A stretch of DNA of 64,000 nucleotides from Psammoneis japonica (GCA_008632985.1 QPGO01000149.1:62001-126000); one strand, 5' to 3'; numbered from the stretch's first letter, positions 48,662 through 61,554 are shown. The notes: a model not told the origin generated them from the letters alone. A program made the numbers and translations.

Positions 48662-51600
48662 ATGACAGGTGTTGCAGAGATTTACCTCTTTCTACGCCGA
48701 CCTCATTCTCGCGATGCTCGCACGAGGCTCAAGGCTCTCCTTCGAAGAAAAGGACAAGGAAAGACTCGTTTCGTTGTCTTGTCGTGGAAGCGAACTGGTT
48801 CAAATCTTCTTTGTGGGATCTTGCACCATCATCCAGAAATTGCAATGCACAACGAGCTGTTCAACCCGATTGACATCTTTACGTATTATCCATCAGTCAC
48901 GAGGCGTGTCAGTGAAGATCCGAATGACAAGGACTTGCGATGGACTCACCTTGCTCGTGATCTCTACCCAGACGGATTTCTCGAGCACATTTGGACGGGC
49001 AAGTATGCCAGTGGTGAAGAGATCAAGGAAGGAAGCAAGGCTGTAGGGTTCAAGTCGTTTCCCGATCACTGGCCTGGTAAGAATGAAGAAATCTGGAGAA
49101 GGGCAATCTTGGAGGACCATCGTATCAAAAAGATCGTGTTGTGCCGAGAAGATGAGCTCGCAGTCTTCATTTCGATGCTACGCGCAGAAAAGACTGGGCA
49201 TTACATGACTCTTAAGTATCCTAAAGGTCTCAAGGTTCACATAGACCCAGCACGCTTTCAGGCATTTGTCAATAACTACAGAGACACCTTTCAACGCAAG
49301 TACAAGTCTCCAACAGAAAAACGTGATACCTTCCGAATCAATTACGAGCAGATTGTGGAAGAAGAGTCCTTCGACGAAAATATCTGCCCTCTTCTCTGGC
49401 GCTTCTTAGAAGTTGATGACAGCGTGACACCAAAGCGGCTCAAGGAGACTGTAAAACAAGCTGACGACGACGAGAATCCATCAGAAATCATTTCAAGCTA
49501 TGAAGAACTTGAATTCTGCTTCCGACATACCGACGTGAAGCCTTTTTCCACATGGACATCAAGCAACATGTCTCCAGCAGTCAACGAATCTGCCGGTAAG
49601 GCGAAGGCTGCTGGATCATCCGCTCAAGAAGACAAGCTTCGTAGCCGTTGGTCAATTCTCCTCCCCATTTGCTCGAGAAGGACCCGAAGCAACACCGACA
49701 ATGCTTTGCACCGGGATGAGATCATCGCTAACTTTAATGCCAACCGGCTGTCCGAACTTGTGAGTTCCTCTCAATACTCGGTAGCGGACACTTTTGCAGA
49801 AGGTGAATGTTGGACGCGCCTCGAAAACTTTGCGTCTTCCCTAAAGGATACCTGTACTTCCCAGAAGCTCAAAGATACAGTGTGCGTCGTTGGAATTGAC
49901 GTGGACGATAAGATCTTCATGTCGAATCACGCAAAACATCGAATCAGTGACATGCTTCGTCCGTGCAAGGTCGTTTTCGTTTCCATCTCTCCCATCATGT
50001 ACGGTCATGTCTGCAGGATTTGGAGCCACCTGGCGAACAAAACTGGCCAACATGGTGACTTTGTTGTGCTTTTTGGCGATGACATTGTTTTGGAAACAAA
50101 AGGATGGCAAGACAGAATTGAGGCACGTTTCCACGAGATTGCAGTTCGAACAGGATTACCTTTTGGCGCTGCGTGTGTCGCTCTAAACGATGAGTCGTTT
50201 CCCGGCTTTCCTACCTTTCCCGTTGTCCATCGATGGCACATCGATCACTTCGACCGCCTATTACCGAAGCAGTTCGTGAATCAGGGAGGTGACCCGTACT
50301 TGTTTGAGCTGTATAGTCGATGGAATGCATCTTCCTTCGAAATGTCTTGTAAACTCAGGAACACACTCGGTGGGGATAGCGACGCGCGGTACGAAAAATA
50401 TACCATCAATTGGCCAGGTCAGATCCTCACTTTAAGTCTGATGAAGCTCGAAAGTTTTCTAGGGGCTGGAAAGCCTACCGGCCTCTGTATTGATGTTGTT
50501 GTCCCATCCTACCGATGCAACAACAGAAGCATTCTCGAAAAGATTGTAAGTCTTCGTTCTACCAAGCATTTGAACGTGAGATTTTGGGTTGTCGTTGATC
50601 GCCCGACGGAGTCCCATCTCGCAGACGTCAGAAGACTAGCAACTGACATGCGAGAAAAGCAAGAGGATGGCAATTACTTTGTCAATGTGATTCACTACAG
50701 CGAAAACCGAGGCGCAAGCTATGCAAGAAACACTGGGTACAACTATTCAACGGCTGATTGGGTTCTTTTTCTTGACGATGATGTTGTTCCTGATGATCAC
50801 ATTCTGGATGCATATGCAGGGGCCATCTACCGGTACCCTGATGCCCGCGTTTTTGTCGGGCAAACATCTCTCCCACCACCTTGCAATGTATGGACTGACG
50901 TTCTACACGCCAGCAATGTAATGTACTTTTACGGAATAGCGACACATCGAGTTCACCCTCCATGGGGCGTTACTGCAAACCTTCTTGTACGCGGCTCTCG
51001 TCTTAACCGCACAATTCAGTTCAAGGATTTGTATCCAAAGACCGGAGGTGGAGAAGATATTGATTTCGTCTTTCAGATGAAAGAGTGGTATGGAAAGGAA
51101 GGGAACGCGATGCGCACCGTCGTTGGTGTTCCAGGTGCGTCCGCATCCCATCCGTGGTGGAGAGGAGGAAGAGTCTGCTACAAACAAATTCGAGGTTGGG
51201 CCTGGGGTGACTCCTTGTGCATCACCGAGTGGCCAGCGAAATCGTATTTTTGCCTACCAAACTGGGTCGAATTCATTGTATGCATTCTTCCTGTCATTGG
51301 CTACTTTTCTGGCAATTACAACGGCGCTCTCCGTTCTGCTCTCTTCGTTACTATCCTGGATCACTCGGCGAAAGCGTCCACGTTTTATACTACTGCACTT
51401 ACCAATCCGCGGAATAACGGGTCATTATTGCGAGCATCGCTCGTCGCTCTCGGTGCAAGTACGGTGATCTCGTCGCAAGAAATTACCCGCTTGCTTGCAC
51501 TCATTTGGCGACTAAGTCTATTTTCGTTTTGTCGTCGAATGGATTGGTTTGATGGACAGGCGAAGACGCAAGTGCTTGACATCCAGCTACGTGCAGGTGT

Positions 51601-51691
51601 TTTCTTCCTTACCTATTTTTTGGTCACTTGCTACCTTTGTGAGGTGTCTCTTGATCCTATTGCAGTGCTTCTTCGCTGTGACTGTTTTTGA
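48662..51691 (+). CDS. Sulfotransferase-like + two GT-A/GT2 glycosyltransferase domains + C-terminal TM helices
   Basis: Intronless ~1010-aa ORF: WKRTGSNLLCGILHHHPEIAMHNELF (PAPS-binding-like), ILLPICS...VLFGDDIV, IDVVVPSYR...NRGASYARNTG...FLDDDVVP...GGGEDIDF. Confidence 0.8.
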   Translation: MTGVAEIYLFLRRPHSRDARTRLKALLRRKGQGKTRFVVLSWKRTGSNLLCGILHHHPEIAMHNELFNPIDIFTYYPSVTRRVSEDPNDKDLRWTHLARDLYPDGFLEHIWTGKYASGEEIKEGSKAVGFKSFPDHWPGKNEEIWRRAILEDHRIKKIVLCREDELAVFISMLRAEKTGHYMTLKYPKGLKVHIDPARFQAFVNNYRDTFQRKYKSPTEKRDTFRINYEQIVEEESFDENICPLLWRFLEVDDSVTPKRLKETVKQADDDENPSEIISSYEELEFCFRHTDVKPFSTWTSSNMSPAVNESAGKAKAAGSSAQEDKLRSRWSILLPICSRRTRSNTDNALHRDEIIANFNANRLSELVSSSQYSVADTFAEGECWTRLENFASSLKDTCTSQKLKDTVCVVGIDVDDKIFMSNHAKHRISDMLRPCKVVFVSISPIMYGHVCRIWSHLANKTGQHGDFVVLFGDDIVLETKGWQDRIEARFHEIAVRTGLPFGAACVALNDESFPGFPTFPVVHRWHIDHFDRLLPKQFVNQGGDPYLFELYSRWNASSFEMSCKLRNTLGGDSDARYEKYTINWPGQILTLSLMKLESFLGAGKPTGLCIDVVVPSYRCNNRSILEKIVSLRSTKHLNVRFWVVVDRPTESHLADVRRLATDMREKQEDGNYFVNVIHYSENRGASYARNTGYNYSTADWVLFLDDDVVPDDHILDAYAGAIYRYPDARVFVGQTSLPPPCNVWTDVLHASNVMYFYGIATHRVHPPWGVTANLLVRGSRLNRTIQFKDLYPKTGGGEDIDFVFQMKEWYGKEGNAMRTVVGVPGASASHPWWRGGRVCYKQIRGWAWGDSLCITEWPAKSYFCLPNWVEFIVCILPVIGYFSGNYNGALRSALFVTILDHSAKASTFYTTALTNPRNNGSLLRASLVALGASTVISSQEITRLLALIWRLSLFSFCRRMDWFDGQAKTQVLDIQLRAGVFFLTYFLVTCYLCEVSLDPIAVLLRCDCF

Positions 51692-51818
51692 AGCAAGGAA
51701 TTCGATCATTCACCTTTGTCGATAAGTTGGCATTAGTATATATAACTATCATAGTGCATTCATATTTTGAGGTACATTTCAAACGCAGTAGGACTACTGA
51801 GCAGAGCTACTTCGTCAA

Positions 51819-54800
51819 TCACGCAGCCTGTGCTACACTTTTTCCGGCATCCACAAGGCTTACCCACAGAGAGAAGACAGTGTTGAGCCGTATCTTGTCT
51901 TCCACTCCCTTGAAAAGAGCAAATCCTTCTGTTCTGTATTCTGTCAATGGATCCAGATTCTGGTATTGCCGCAAAACTACGCTCTCCTTCAACCCTTCCA
52001 TTGACTGCAAGTGATCACTCCATGCATTGTCCATTGACACGAGAGCAATGTAGTTTGCTGATCGAGCAAGAGATTCCGGTGAAAGAGATTTAATCTTTGA
52101 GTTGAAAACCTCCTCAATGGCCACATTGATGAGAGATTTCACCCCCTCCTCGTCCCGTCCAGACAAATCGCTTGTCTTCAACAAGGGTCCAACCGGCGGG
52201 AAAAACTGACCAATCTTCTCTGCTACCTTCTCGACATTAACCGAGCCATCTTCGCCAACCTGAGCCTTCACGATGTCTTCCACTGTTTCCTTGTTGTACG
52301 TTTTCAACATTTCCAGAGTTTCTTCAGGCGTCGAAAATAAAATGCTACGGCGACGGTTGTAGATCGACCTGCGTTGGTCGTTGAGCACCTCGTCAAATTT
52401 AAAGACTTCACCGCGTATTTCGCGGTATTTTTCTTCCACGGCTCGTTGAACCTTGTCGAGTGCTTCAGTGATTTGATCTGCTTCCACTGGCATGTCGTCC
52501 GATACTCGAAACATTTTCAGCATTTTCTGGAGACTGTCACCGCCAAAAATAACAAACATGTCGTCCTCAAAAGACAAAAAGAAACGCGAGCTTCCTGGAT
52601 CACCCTGGCGACCAGAACGACCGCGTAGCTGCATGTCGATGCGAGAGCTTTCATGGCGATTAGTTCCCATGACATACAAACCACCGCTTTTCAGAACCCG
52701 CTCTTTTTCTTCTTCCAAGACGGGTTTGTACACACTTTTTACAGCCTCGGCAGCGTCACGAAGTTTAATAATGTGATCGGGATCTTCTTCGCTTTCGGTA
52801 GTGTCAGTTGCAACCGTCAAGATTTCGTCTAAATCGATAGCCGTAAGGTCTTTTCCCATCTCTTTCTTGATGGCGGAAGCCGCTTCCTTCAACGAAAGAA
52901 CGACATCATCATCGATAGGACAAGGGAAATAGTCTTCAGAAGGCGAAGGAGGGAGCGTCGAAGCCTCCTCCTCAGACAAAACTCCTTGCTCTACAAGAAC
53001 AGACCTTGTTTTGATTCGAGCCATTGTTGTGGGACAACCGCCCAGTAGAATATCCGTACCACGCCCAGCCATGTTTGTCGCAACCGTCACTACACCAGCT
53101 CGTCCAGCTTGTGCGACGATTTCGGATTCGCGCGGCGCATTCTTTGGCGATGCATTGAGTAGTTCAGCCTCAATCCCCTCTTCTGCAAGGGCAGCTACAA
53201 TCATTTCACTCTGTGCTACAGACGTGGTTCCGATTAGGCAGGGTCGACCATCCTCTTCGCCACCACCTACGCCGAGTACTTCTTTGATCAGGGCATCATT
53301 TGCGGCCTTTCGCGTCTTGAATGCTACATCAGGATAGTCGCGTCGCGCAACTGGAAGCGCCGTAGGCACAGGCGTCACCTTTAGGTTGTACGTCAACTCC
53401 AATTCGTCGGCATCGGCCATTGCAGTTCCTGTCATGCCAGACAAGCGAGTAAACTGTCGAAAGAGGTTCTGTTGAAGATAGCAAGAGAAGTGTGTCAGCG
53501 TTTTTACCATCAACTGTGAAGCTGGGCGCAAGATTTGCCCTATGATCAAAGCAGTAGCGTACCTGATAAGTCACCTTTGCAATCACTTGACTTTGTTGCG
53601 AGACTTCGATACCCTCTTTGGCTTCGATGCTTTGGTGGAGGCCATCCGACCACCTGCGCCCATCCAAAACTCTCCCAGTAAATGCATCGATAATTCCAAC
53701 ACCGTTCTCCTTACCATTCTCATCAGTCAGAATGGTGTACTCGATGTCTTTGTTGAAGAGCTCCTTCGCTTTCACTGCGTTTGCAACATAGGGCGCCCAC
53801 GCCGCTCCGTCTGCCAGGATAGCGAACAGACTGTCAATACCCAATGCATTTTCTGCGTCGCGGTATCCCGTTTCAGTAAGTACACAATTCTTATTCTTCT
53901 CATCCACTGTGTAATGGACGTCCTTTTTCAGGGCTTGTGCCAAGGTGTTGGCCGTAGCATACTTGTTGGCTGGCGCAGCAACCTGTTTCGAGATAATCAA
54001 TGGGGTCCTCGCCTCATCAATCAATACCGAATCCGCCTCATCCACAACACAAAAACCATTGAACTCTCCGGCACCCCCGGGCAAGACAGTTTGCTCAGGT
54101 GACAATGCCAAGTGGTCACGAAGGTAGTCAAATCCGAGTTCCGAATTCGTCACGTAGACAACATCGCATGCATACGCCTTTTTCCGTTGCTCTTCTGTCA
54201 TGCCACTCTGAATGAGACCAACAGTCAACCCCAAGAATCGATGGACTTGACCCATTTTCTCCATATCTCTTCTCGCCAAATAGTCGTTTACGGTAATAAC
54301 AAAGGAGGTATTGCCTGTCAAGGCATTGACATAGCAAGGCAACGTTGACACGAGTGTCTTTCCCTCTCCAGTGGCCATTTCGGCCAATCTTCCGTCGTGC
54401 AGAATCAAACCACCTAGAATCTGTACATCGTAATGCCGTAATTCCAAAACGCGCCTTTGAAAAATGAAAAAGTTGGAGTGAGATGCGGCTGCAATGGAAA
54501 CGGGTATACAGACAGAATTATTTTGCTTTCTTGTATCTCACCATGCAGCTTCCCTGACAACCGCAAAGGCTTCTTCCAACAAAGGACCATTCACGTCTTC
54601 TCCTTTCTTGAGTCTCTCACGAAATTCATTGGTTTTGGCCAGCAATTCATCATCGTCCAATTCCTCAATCGTTTCTTCCAGGCCATTAATCCGGTCGACG
54701 CGAGTCTTGAGGCCGGCCAGGTACTTGTCGTTTTGAGCCTTTCGTGTCTTTTCATCCGTTCTCTCCATGAAATCATCAAAAAAGGACATTTTCAATGCAC

Positions 54801-54960
54801 TACTAGGACATGATAACTCGGTGTTTCTGGTAGTAGCAATCGAGTTTGATCGGGCAAAGGAAACCGCAGCTTTCTTTTGAGGAACAACAAACGCGGATGC
54901 CTCAAAGACAGAAAGCCACAATAGAGCCGCTGCTGCGACAGAATAACGACCACGTCCCAT
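51819..54960 (-). CDS. secA: Plastid preprotein translocase ATPase SecA; exons 54960-54542, 54454-53563, 53468-51819
   Basis: ASAFVVP presequence; [74 protein letters not shown]; two GT-AG introns keep the frame. Confidence 0.96.
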
Positions 54961-55263
54961 GGTGTAGATCTTCGTAAGTGTGTTCTCCGAAATATGATGT
55001 CAGAGCGCAAAAGTAAGTCACGACATCTATCAATGAGTCAATCCACAAGCGATACGTGTTGTTGTTGTTGTGTCCGTCTTTTGATGAGAAAGATGTGTGA
55101 TGTGTCCATGAAAAGGATTTCCCGCCACGTACGTGCTTTGACTCAATGGACTAAATCGTGAGTATCCGCGACTGAAGATTTTAATCGTGACTCAACACTG
55201 CTTGTGCAACACTTGTGAGTTGTGAGCGAGAGAAACCAACACTTTCGCTCACAAAAACAAAAC

Positions 55264-55872
55264 ATGGGTTGCATTACATCGAAAGAAAACGATATCATTG
55301 ATAAACAACAAGGAGAAACATCTCCAGAAGGCAGTGGCGGGAAAAAATACCCCATTTACGGACCTTCCTCCATAATGAGCAAGAAAAAGTGCGGTTCGTC
55401 GGCGACGCCGGTTCAAAAGAATCTACGATGGAACTGCGACTACAAGACTGCGAATCGTATATGCAATCATAATCGTCATTTCGCCGAGCATTCAGGATAT
55501 TTTCAGAAACGACAGAAGTTTCTCGAGGAAGTGAATCTATGCAAACGAGCAAAGAAGCGCATGACGTTTTATGATAGCAACACGACCGGTGAAACACTGT
55601 TTTATGCGCCGAAAAATCGAACATGGCACGAGTTTATACAAGAGTCCAAGGCGCATGGCTGACCAAGCTTTAGAGATAGTGAAGTGAACTGGGATCAAGT
55701 TCGTTGTCTCAAAGGCGGCGAAGTTGTGAGTTTGGCGGGAACGCATTTGGGACACAATTTACCCGACAAAAAGGGGAATCGATATTGCATCAATCTCGTC
55801 TCTGTTGCCGGACAAGTTCCGATAGAAGAGAAGAAAAAATGTGATGAATCAAACGTTAGAGAAGGAGATTAA
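55264..55872 (+). pseudogene. MsrB-like (SelR fold) gene with an in-frame TGA
   Basis: MGC N-terminus; ICNHNRHFAEHSGYF, HG*PSFRD (TGA 55660-55662 where Trp is expected), GTHLGHNLPD, RYCINLVSVAG. Confidence 0.7.
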
Positions 55873-56449
55873 ATGAAGACCGGGGTGTCAGAGCAGAACG
55901 TGCCCGGAGTTGCAAAGCGACAAAGACTGTAACACTGAATGCCTTCTGGACAACAATAGACCTGTTGTATTCACTTGATTTATAATACTTCGTATTCATA
56001 AAAGACAGTCACTCGAATGTTAGACAGAAAATTCGAAGATGCACGACCAAAGTCGATCTTTGGCAAAGGCTGAGACAGCAGGCACCAGAGGGAAAATGCG
56101 CAATGTCAGTTCGGAAGCGGCGGCGGGAGATAGACGAGCAAGTTGAATACAAATAAAAGAAGCATCACTCACGCTGCCAAAGGTGCATCTGATTGTTCGC
56201 TGTCGATGAGGATGGGGATCAAAAAATGATGAGATGATTTTGAATGACGAGAAAGAAGTCGGGATTGGTGGCGTTTTTGAAGTGGCACATCTCTACGTGC
56301 GACAAAGGAGAGAAGTCTGTCCCGGATGATTCAACCCGCCACCCGACCTGCCATGCGGCCCGCGACCCACTGTCTGTGCAGTGTCCCAATTTCAAATGTT
56401 CGTGTTTCATGTTCGTCGTTGCCTTTGTCTGCCTGGAAACGCGTCATCG

Positions 56450-59200
56450 CTGGCACTTGCATGCATGATGAACACGCACTGCAAGGGAAGGAACTGATCA
56501 AGATTCGATTTCCCACTGCTGCTTGTGTGCGTTCACTCCTCTTGTTGCTTTGCACAATGGATGGCAGCTGAAATGCCTGACAACATGCGTGTGATCCAAA
56601 GGGCTTGTGGCATTGCACAGCAAGTCCAGTGCAAATGTGGTGTTGCTTTGAATGAAGGGGGGCTCCTGATGCTTGCTGATGTGTCGGAGAGATGGAATCT
56701 GATGCTGATGTGACAGAGATGGCAAAGTGTCATTTCTCACACTAATGTTGAAGGACATGTGAACTTGGGAATGGCTCAGATGAATGCACTCAAGCTTTGG
56801 TGGAGTGGATTTGTGACAAGATGCAGAGGTGCAGGGGGCAAAAATTGATTGCAGCTGCTGAGGTGATGCCCCGCAGAAGCTCACAAGCAAAGATTGTTGA
56901 AAAGGAGACAGAGTGGGCATCGAGACAAAGGTCAGCTCTCTGGCCAAGTTTGACCCCATTTGCTGTGGCACGCATGAGAGGAGTGCTTTCTTGAACTTGC
57001 TGTCACAGAAGATTGGAGCAATGAAAGCCTCCATTGTGTTGCCCATGCCAAACAAGCACCTGAGGAGTTTGAAGATGACAAAGAGCATCGCGTGCATCAG
57101 CCACCACTTCAGGGCACTGTGTTTTGCAAAAACAACTGTTGTGCACCACACCACATGCTGAAAGACTTCTTTTTCAACACCCTTCCTTGGATGGGCTTGG
57201 ATTTCCTGTTTTGATGCATTGGAAAATGGCTGCAAAGCTTTTTGAACTTTGGCCAACAACCATTGCAATGGTCAAGGAGAACTGAACAAGAGGACAGCTG
57301 TGGCTGCAAGTGTCGTCAACTCAAAACCATTCATTGTCAGAACAAAATGGTTTGTCTGCTCAAAGCCATGTTAGCTGAGTTGACAAAACCACTCATTGCT
57401 CTCAACAAGGGCCTGGACTTGTGCTCCTTGGAACATCAAAAGTTGATGCTTTGTTGAATTGCATTGAAACAACCAGTGCAGAGCTTGTGGCCTCAAAGAC
57501 TGTCCTCAGCCAAACCTTCCTGACCAATTTCTCTAGAGCAGCAGGTGCACATTTCTCAGAAGCTCAAGTTTCTCATTGTTTGCACTGCTCAGTTTGAAGC
57601 ACAGCATTTTGCCAAGCACAACAAAATGTCAAACCTGTTGAGAGGTGGACCATCAGGTGGACAAGGCCATGGTTGTGACAGATGGGGACCTGGTGGACAA
57701 GGACATGGTGGTGGTGGCGGCAGAGGTTGTGCTCATGGCACATTTTGTTTGCGCCAAACTGTCATCAACAAAGTGGGTGCATCCAACCCAACCCATTTGT
57801 TTTTGTTTGAGAAGTGTGGTCATTTGCATGTGCCCTGCCTTCTTCAAGCATGCAAGTGCATGAGTGGCAGAGGTGCTGGAGGAGGTCATGGTCACAGAGG
57901 AGGACATGATGCAGGATGTGGTTGCAATGTTTCCAAAGTTGAGCCACTTGAGTTAAAGCCACCAGAGCAATGTGGAGCTTGTGCTTGCTTGTTCTTGATG
58001 GTTTGGGGTGCCAGCATCTGTTCTTGTGATGCGTGTGCATTGAGTGCCTCCTGTGCCATGCATTCCAGCATTGCAGCTGCTGTCAGTGCAGCCCCACCCA
58101 GCCACTTCCATTTCAAGAAATGTCAGTGTTGTGACAAAGCTCAGCATTTGTGCTGCATTTGTTGTTTCAACTGCAAATCAAGCTTTGACTGAGCCTGAAC
58201 ACTGTGCAACAAACAAGAGTGTGGTGTGCCCATGTGGGTGCATGTTGTGCAGGCAGGTTGGTGCACTCACATTGTGACAATCCATCAAGGTGGCAGTCAA
58301 ACACACTCCCAGCAAGATGAGTGTGCCACCGGGAGTGACCATGGGCATTTGAGCTCAAGCACTTGCTTGAAGAAGGCGCACATCATTGAAGTCCAAAGCA
58401 TGATTCTGTGTCCACAGAGCATCACAGAAAGAGGGAGAGGTTTGTTTTTAAGACCTGCATGCCATCGGCCCAATGGCCCAGCATCAGACTCCTTCCCACT
58501 GATGTGCTCAAGGAAGGATGGATCACACACCAAGCAGGCTGCACTGCAGCTTTTTGTGATGTTGAAACTTCTGAAGGGACTCTGTGGACTTCTCAAGCAG
58601 TTGATGAATGCTTTCATGAGAAACCACAAGCCAGTTTGCTCAAGCATGGATGAATGCCATTGGCCACAGACCCTTGTCTGCACTTCAAGGAAGGTGTGGT
58701 GTGCACTGTGCAAGTTGACGACACAGTGTTCACTCACAGGAGCGTGTGCGTTTGCATCTGAGGAGAAGACTCGCAAGCCAGGAGTCACACTGACAATGAA
58801 CACATGAACATGCACCTCAACCCAGGGATGAAGGAGAAGTTGGGAACTCCATTTCTACCCTCCAGCCTGGTCTGATCAACAAGGGAAGGTCCTGCGCACT
58901 GCCCATGTGGATGATGCAATGGCATCTCTGCCCCAGTCAGCTCTGCCTGAGCCTGTTTGTGCCAACACGGACAGCCTGCCCTTCTGCAAACCCTGCAATT
59001 ATCATTCCGTAGTTGGAACATTGATGCACTTGACATTTGCCATAATTTCTAGAGAATGACTTTGAGCAAACGTCTGTCTACCTTTGTGTTGTTGCATGCC
59101 AACCTCCAAGAGCTTTGTTGCTTGCATTGCAAGCTCTGCATTGTCATTCGACTGTGCTGTCAAAAGAAGAATCAATCAAGAGAGCTCTGGACTCCAACGC
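56450..59200 (+). mobile_element. Degenerate Copia-like LTR retrotransposon fragment (gag/protease), CpG/TpA-depleted block C
   Basis: GWAWISCFDALENGCKAF*TLANNHCNGQGELNKRTAVA (57189-57305) resembles diatom Copia gag (..GR.A...HYNG.GELNKR); GGQGHG repeats are consistent with mutated GGRGRG; AHVGACCAGR (~58230) resembles the protease motif DSHADTCCAG. No LTR, RT or integrase recognised. Confidence 0.6.
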
Positions 59201-59456
59201 CACCACGCTCCTGACAAACTGTTATGGGGACACAACTAAAATAATTTTGTCTCTGTATCGCGAGCAAGTTCCGAAGCCTGTGAGTAGAAAAAGGCAAGCA
59301 ACAACATTATATTTCAATCATCTACGAAACGGCCTCCTATTTGATGCTCGTGTATCACAACAAAGTAGTGCAACGCTTTGATACCTTTCTGTGTTCATTC
59401 CATTTCTACAATTTAAAAATAAATCTAGAGTTTCTTTCAGTTCTCTTCTTACTAGT

Positions 59457-59912
59457 TTAAGCAACCATAGTACTGGCCGTGGCAGACTCGTACTTCCAGT
59501 TGGCAGGAAGCTTCCTGGTGGTGCGGTAGTACCTTGCCAAACGATGGATACGGCTTTCAATCAAAATAAGACGAAACTTGGAGTCCTTGTCTTTGCGGTT
59601 ACGTTCCAAATGCTTGCGCACTTGGACCGCCTTTTTGATGAGCATGTACAAGTCTTCGGGAATTTCCGGAGCCAACCCATTGGCCTTGAGAATGCGGACA
59701 ATCTTTTGTCCCGTGACCGACTTGACTTGAGCAATGCCATTGGCATCACGCAAAATGACACCAATCTGTGACGGAGTCAGGCCCTTCTTGGCAAACTTGC
59801 ACACCATGTCTTCGACATCGGCGGCAGAGGTCTTGAGCCAGCTCGGGGGAGTGCGCTTGTACGGGCGGGCACTCTTGGAGATACCCTTTCCGGGAGCATG
59901 TAAACGACCCAT
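59457..59912 (-). CDS. RPS13: 40S ribosomal protein S13 (uS15)
   Basis: [20 protein letters not shown]...[13 protein letters not shown]...[21 protein letters not shown]; probable 5'-UTR intron 60184-59917. Confidence 0.98.
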   Translation of the reverse strand: MGRLHAPGKGISKSARPYKRTPPSWLKTSAADVEDMVCKFAKKGLTPSQIGVILRDANGIAQVKSVTGQKIVRILKANGLAPEIPEDLYMLIKKAVQVRKHLERNRKDKDSKFRLILIESRIHRLARYYRTTRKLPANWKYESATASTMVA

Positions 59913-60452
59913 GTTGCTGTAGATAAATAGAGAGAAGGAAAATTGTCAGGATACAACTTCTTAGTATTGTATTGTACCGCTTCACAGTCTAAGAGCCGTA
60001 GCTCACAGTACACCATCTACACAGTCAGAACCATCTCCATCCAATGTTGTGTTTCGTAAAGAGCGACGCTTCGCTTGCCTTGAAACTCAAACCGTTCTGG
60101 CTATGGATTCTTTTAGACTTTAGTGTAGAAGGCAGCCACTCTCACGTCCCCATGGTGGGGAGCGAGAGCACCGACGCAACTCACATTTAACTTCTTCTTG
60201 TTGATCAACAACAGATAACGAGATGTGTGAGCCGAGAGAGCTTCTCCGTAGAAAGCACGTAGTTTCTGGTACTGAAATCTCTCGCCTTGTTCAGCACCGC
60301 ATAAAATTTCGTACCGCTTCTCACTTACTAGCCACGTAGAATTGTACTACAAAATACGTAGGTACAGCTTCTACGTAATAAGTACCGCTCACAAACTCCA
60401 TCACTTTCACACCTCTTCTGCGACAACAACAAAGAGGGTTGACGATTGCATC

Positions 60453-61554
60453 ATGTACGTTTCCTGCATTGACGAGTTGCTATTGATGCTATGTTTTCTT
60501 GGAATATGGAAGATTTTGTATTGATCACTGCGTTGAAAATGGATGGAGAAAGCATGGCGCATCAATGAAAAAGTGTCGTCGTCGGTCGTCATGGTGTTGG
60601 ATGAAATTTCTCGGCAGCTGTGCTCATTACCAGTCTGAATGCGGCTATGGAAATTCAACGCTTTTTCTTATTCAAAATTCTATTCCGACGAAAATCAATT
60701 TTCGTATTCAAGATTTCGGAATCATTTTCCGCTCTTTTTTGCTCACAATTTCACTTGCCCACTTTTTTAGGCCGCGTGGTCCCAAGAAGCACTTGAAGCG
60801 TCTCAATGCGCCCCATCATTGGAATTTGGGCAAGATGGGCGGTGTCTGGGCCCCCAAGCCCTCGGCCGGTCCGCACAAGATGCGTGAATGCATCCCCGTG
60901 TGCGTTGTCTTGCGTGATCGTCTCAAGTACGCACTAACCAACAAGGAGTGCATGCAGATTTGCATGGAACGGTGCGTCAAGGTGGACGGCAAGGTCCGAA
61001 CCGACCACAACTACCCCGCCGGTTTCATGGATATCATTGAGTTGGAAAAGAGCGGCGATCGTTTCCGTCTCTTGTTTGATACCAAGGGACGTTTTGTCTT
61101 GCACCGCATCAACCGCGAGGAGGGACAATACAAGCTGTGCCGTGTCAACAAGGTGTACATTAGCGCCAACAAGATTCCGGTGGCTGTCACGCACGATGGA
61201 CGCACCATTCGGTACCCCGATCCCGACGTCAAGGTCAATGACACGGTCAAGGTGGACATTGAGAGTGGCAAAATGTCGGACATTTTGAAATTCCAGCTTG
61301 GTGCCATGGTGATGCTCACGAGGGGCCGTAACGCTGGGCGAGTTGGACAGCTCATGCACATTGAGAGGCATGAGGGATCCTTTGACATTGTCACTATCAA
61401 GGATACCAAGGGAAACACGTTTGCCACACGATTGGGCAATGTGTTTGTCATTGGAAGTGGAAACCACCCCCAAGTTACTCTTCCCAAGGGACGTGGTATC
61501 AAAAAGACAATTCTTCAGGAGCGTGATGAAGCCGTTGCTCGTGGTGATCTTTAA
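60453..61554 (+). CDS. RPS4: 40S ribosomal protein S4 (eS4); exons 60453-60454, 60771-61554
   Basis: [17 protein letters not shown]...[12 protein letters not shown]...[12 protein letters not shown]; initiator inferred to be split AT|G by intron 60455-60770 (GTACGT...TTTTAG). Confidence 0.95.

Noticed and set aside
55660..55662. Selenocysteine codon or alternative genetic code
   Set aside because: The position corresponds to Trp, not Cys; TGA serves as a normal stop in other genes here (e.g. SecA) and TGG encodes Trp throughout.
60590..60640. C/D box snoRNA in the RPS4 intron (GGATGA...CTGA)
   Set aside because: The C box is imperfect and I could not assign an rRNA-complementary guide by eye.
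60499..60770. N-terminal extension of RPS4 given by the ORF track
   Set aside because: It is intronic: pyrimidine-rich acceptor TTTTTTAG lies immediately before the conserved PRGPKKHL start.
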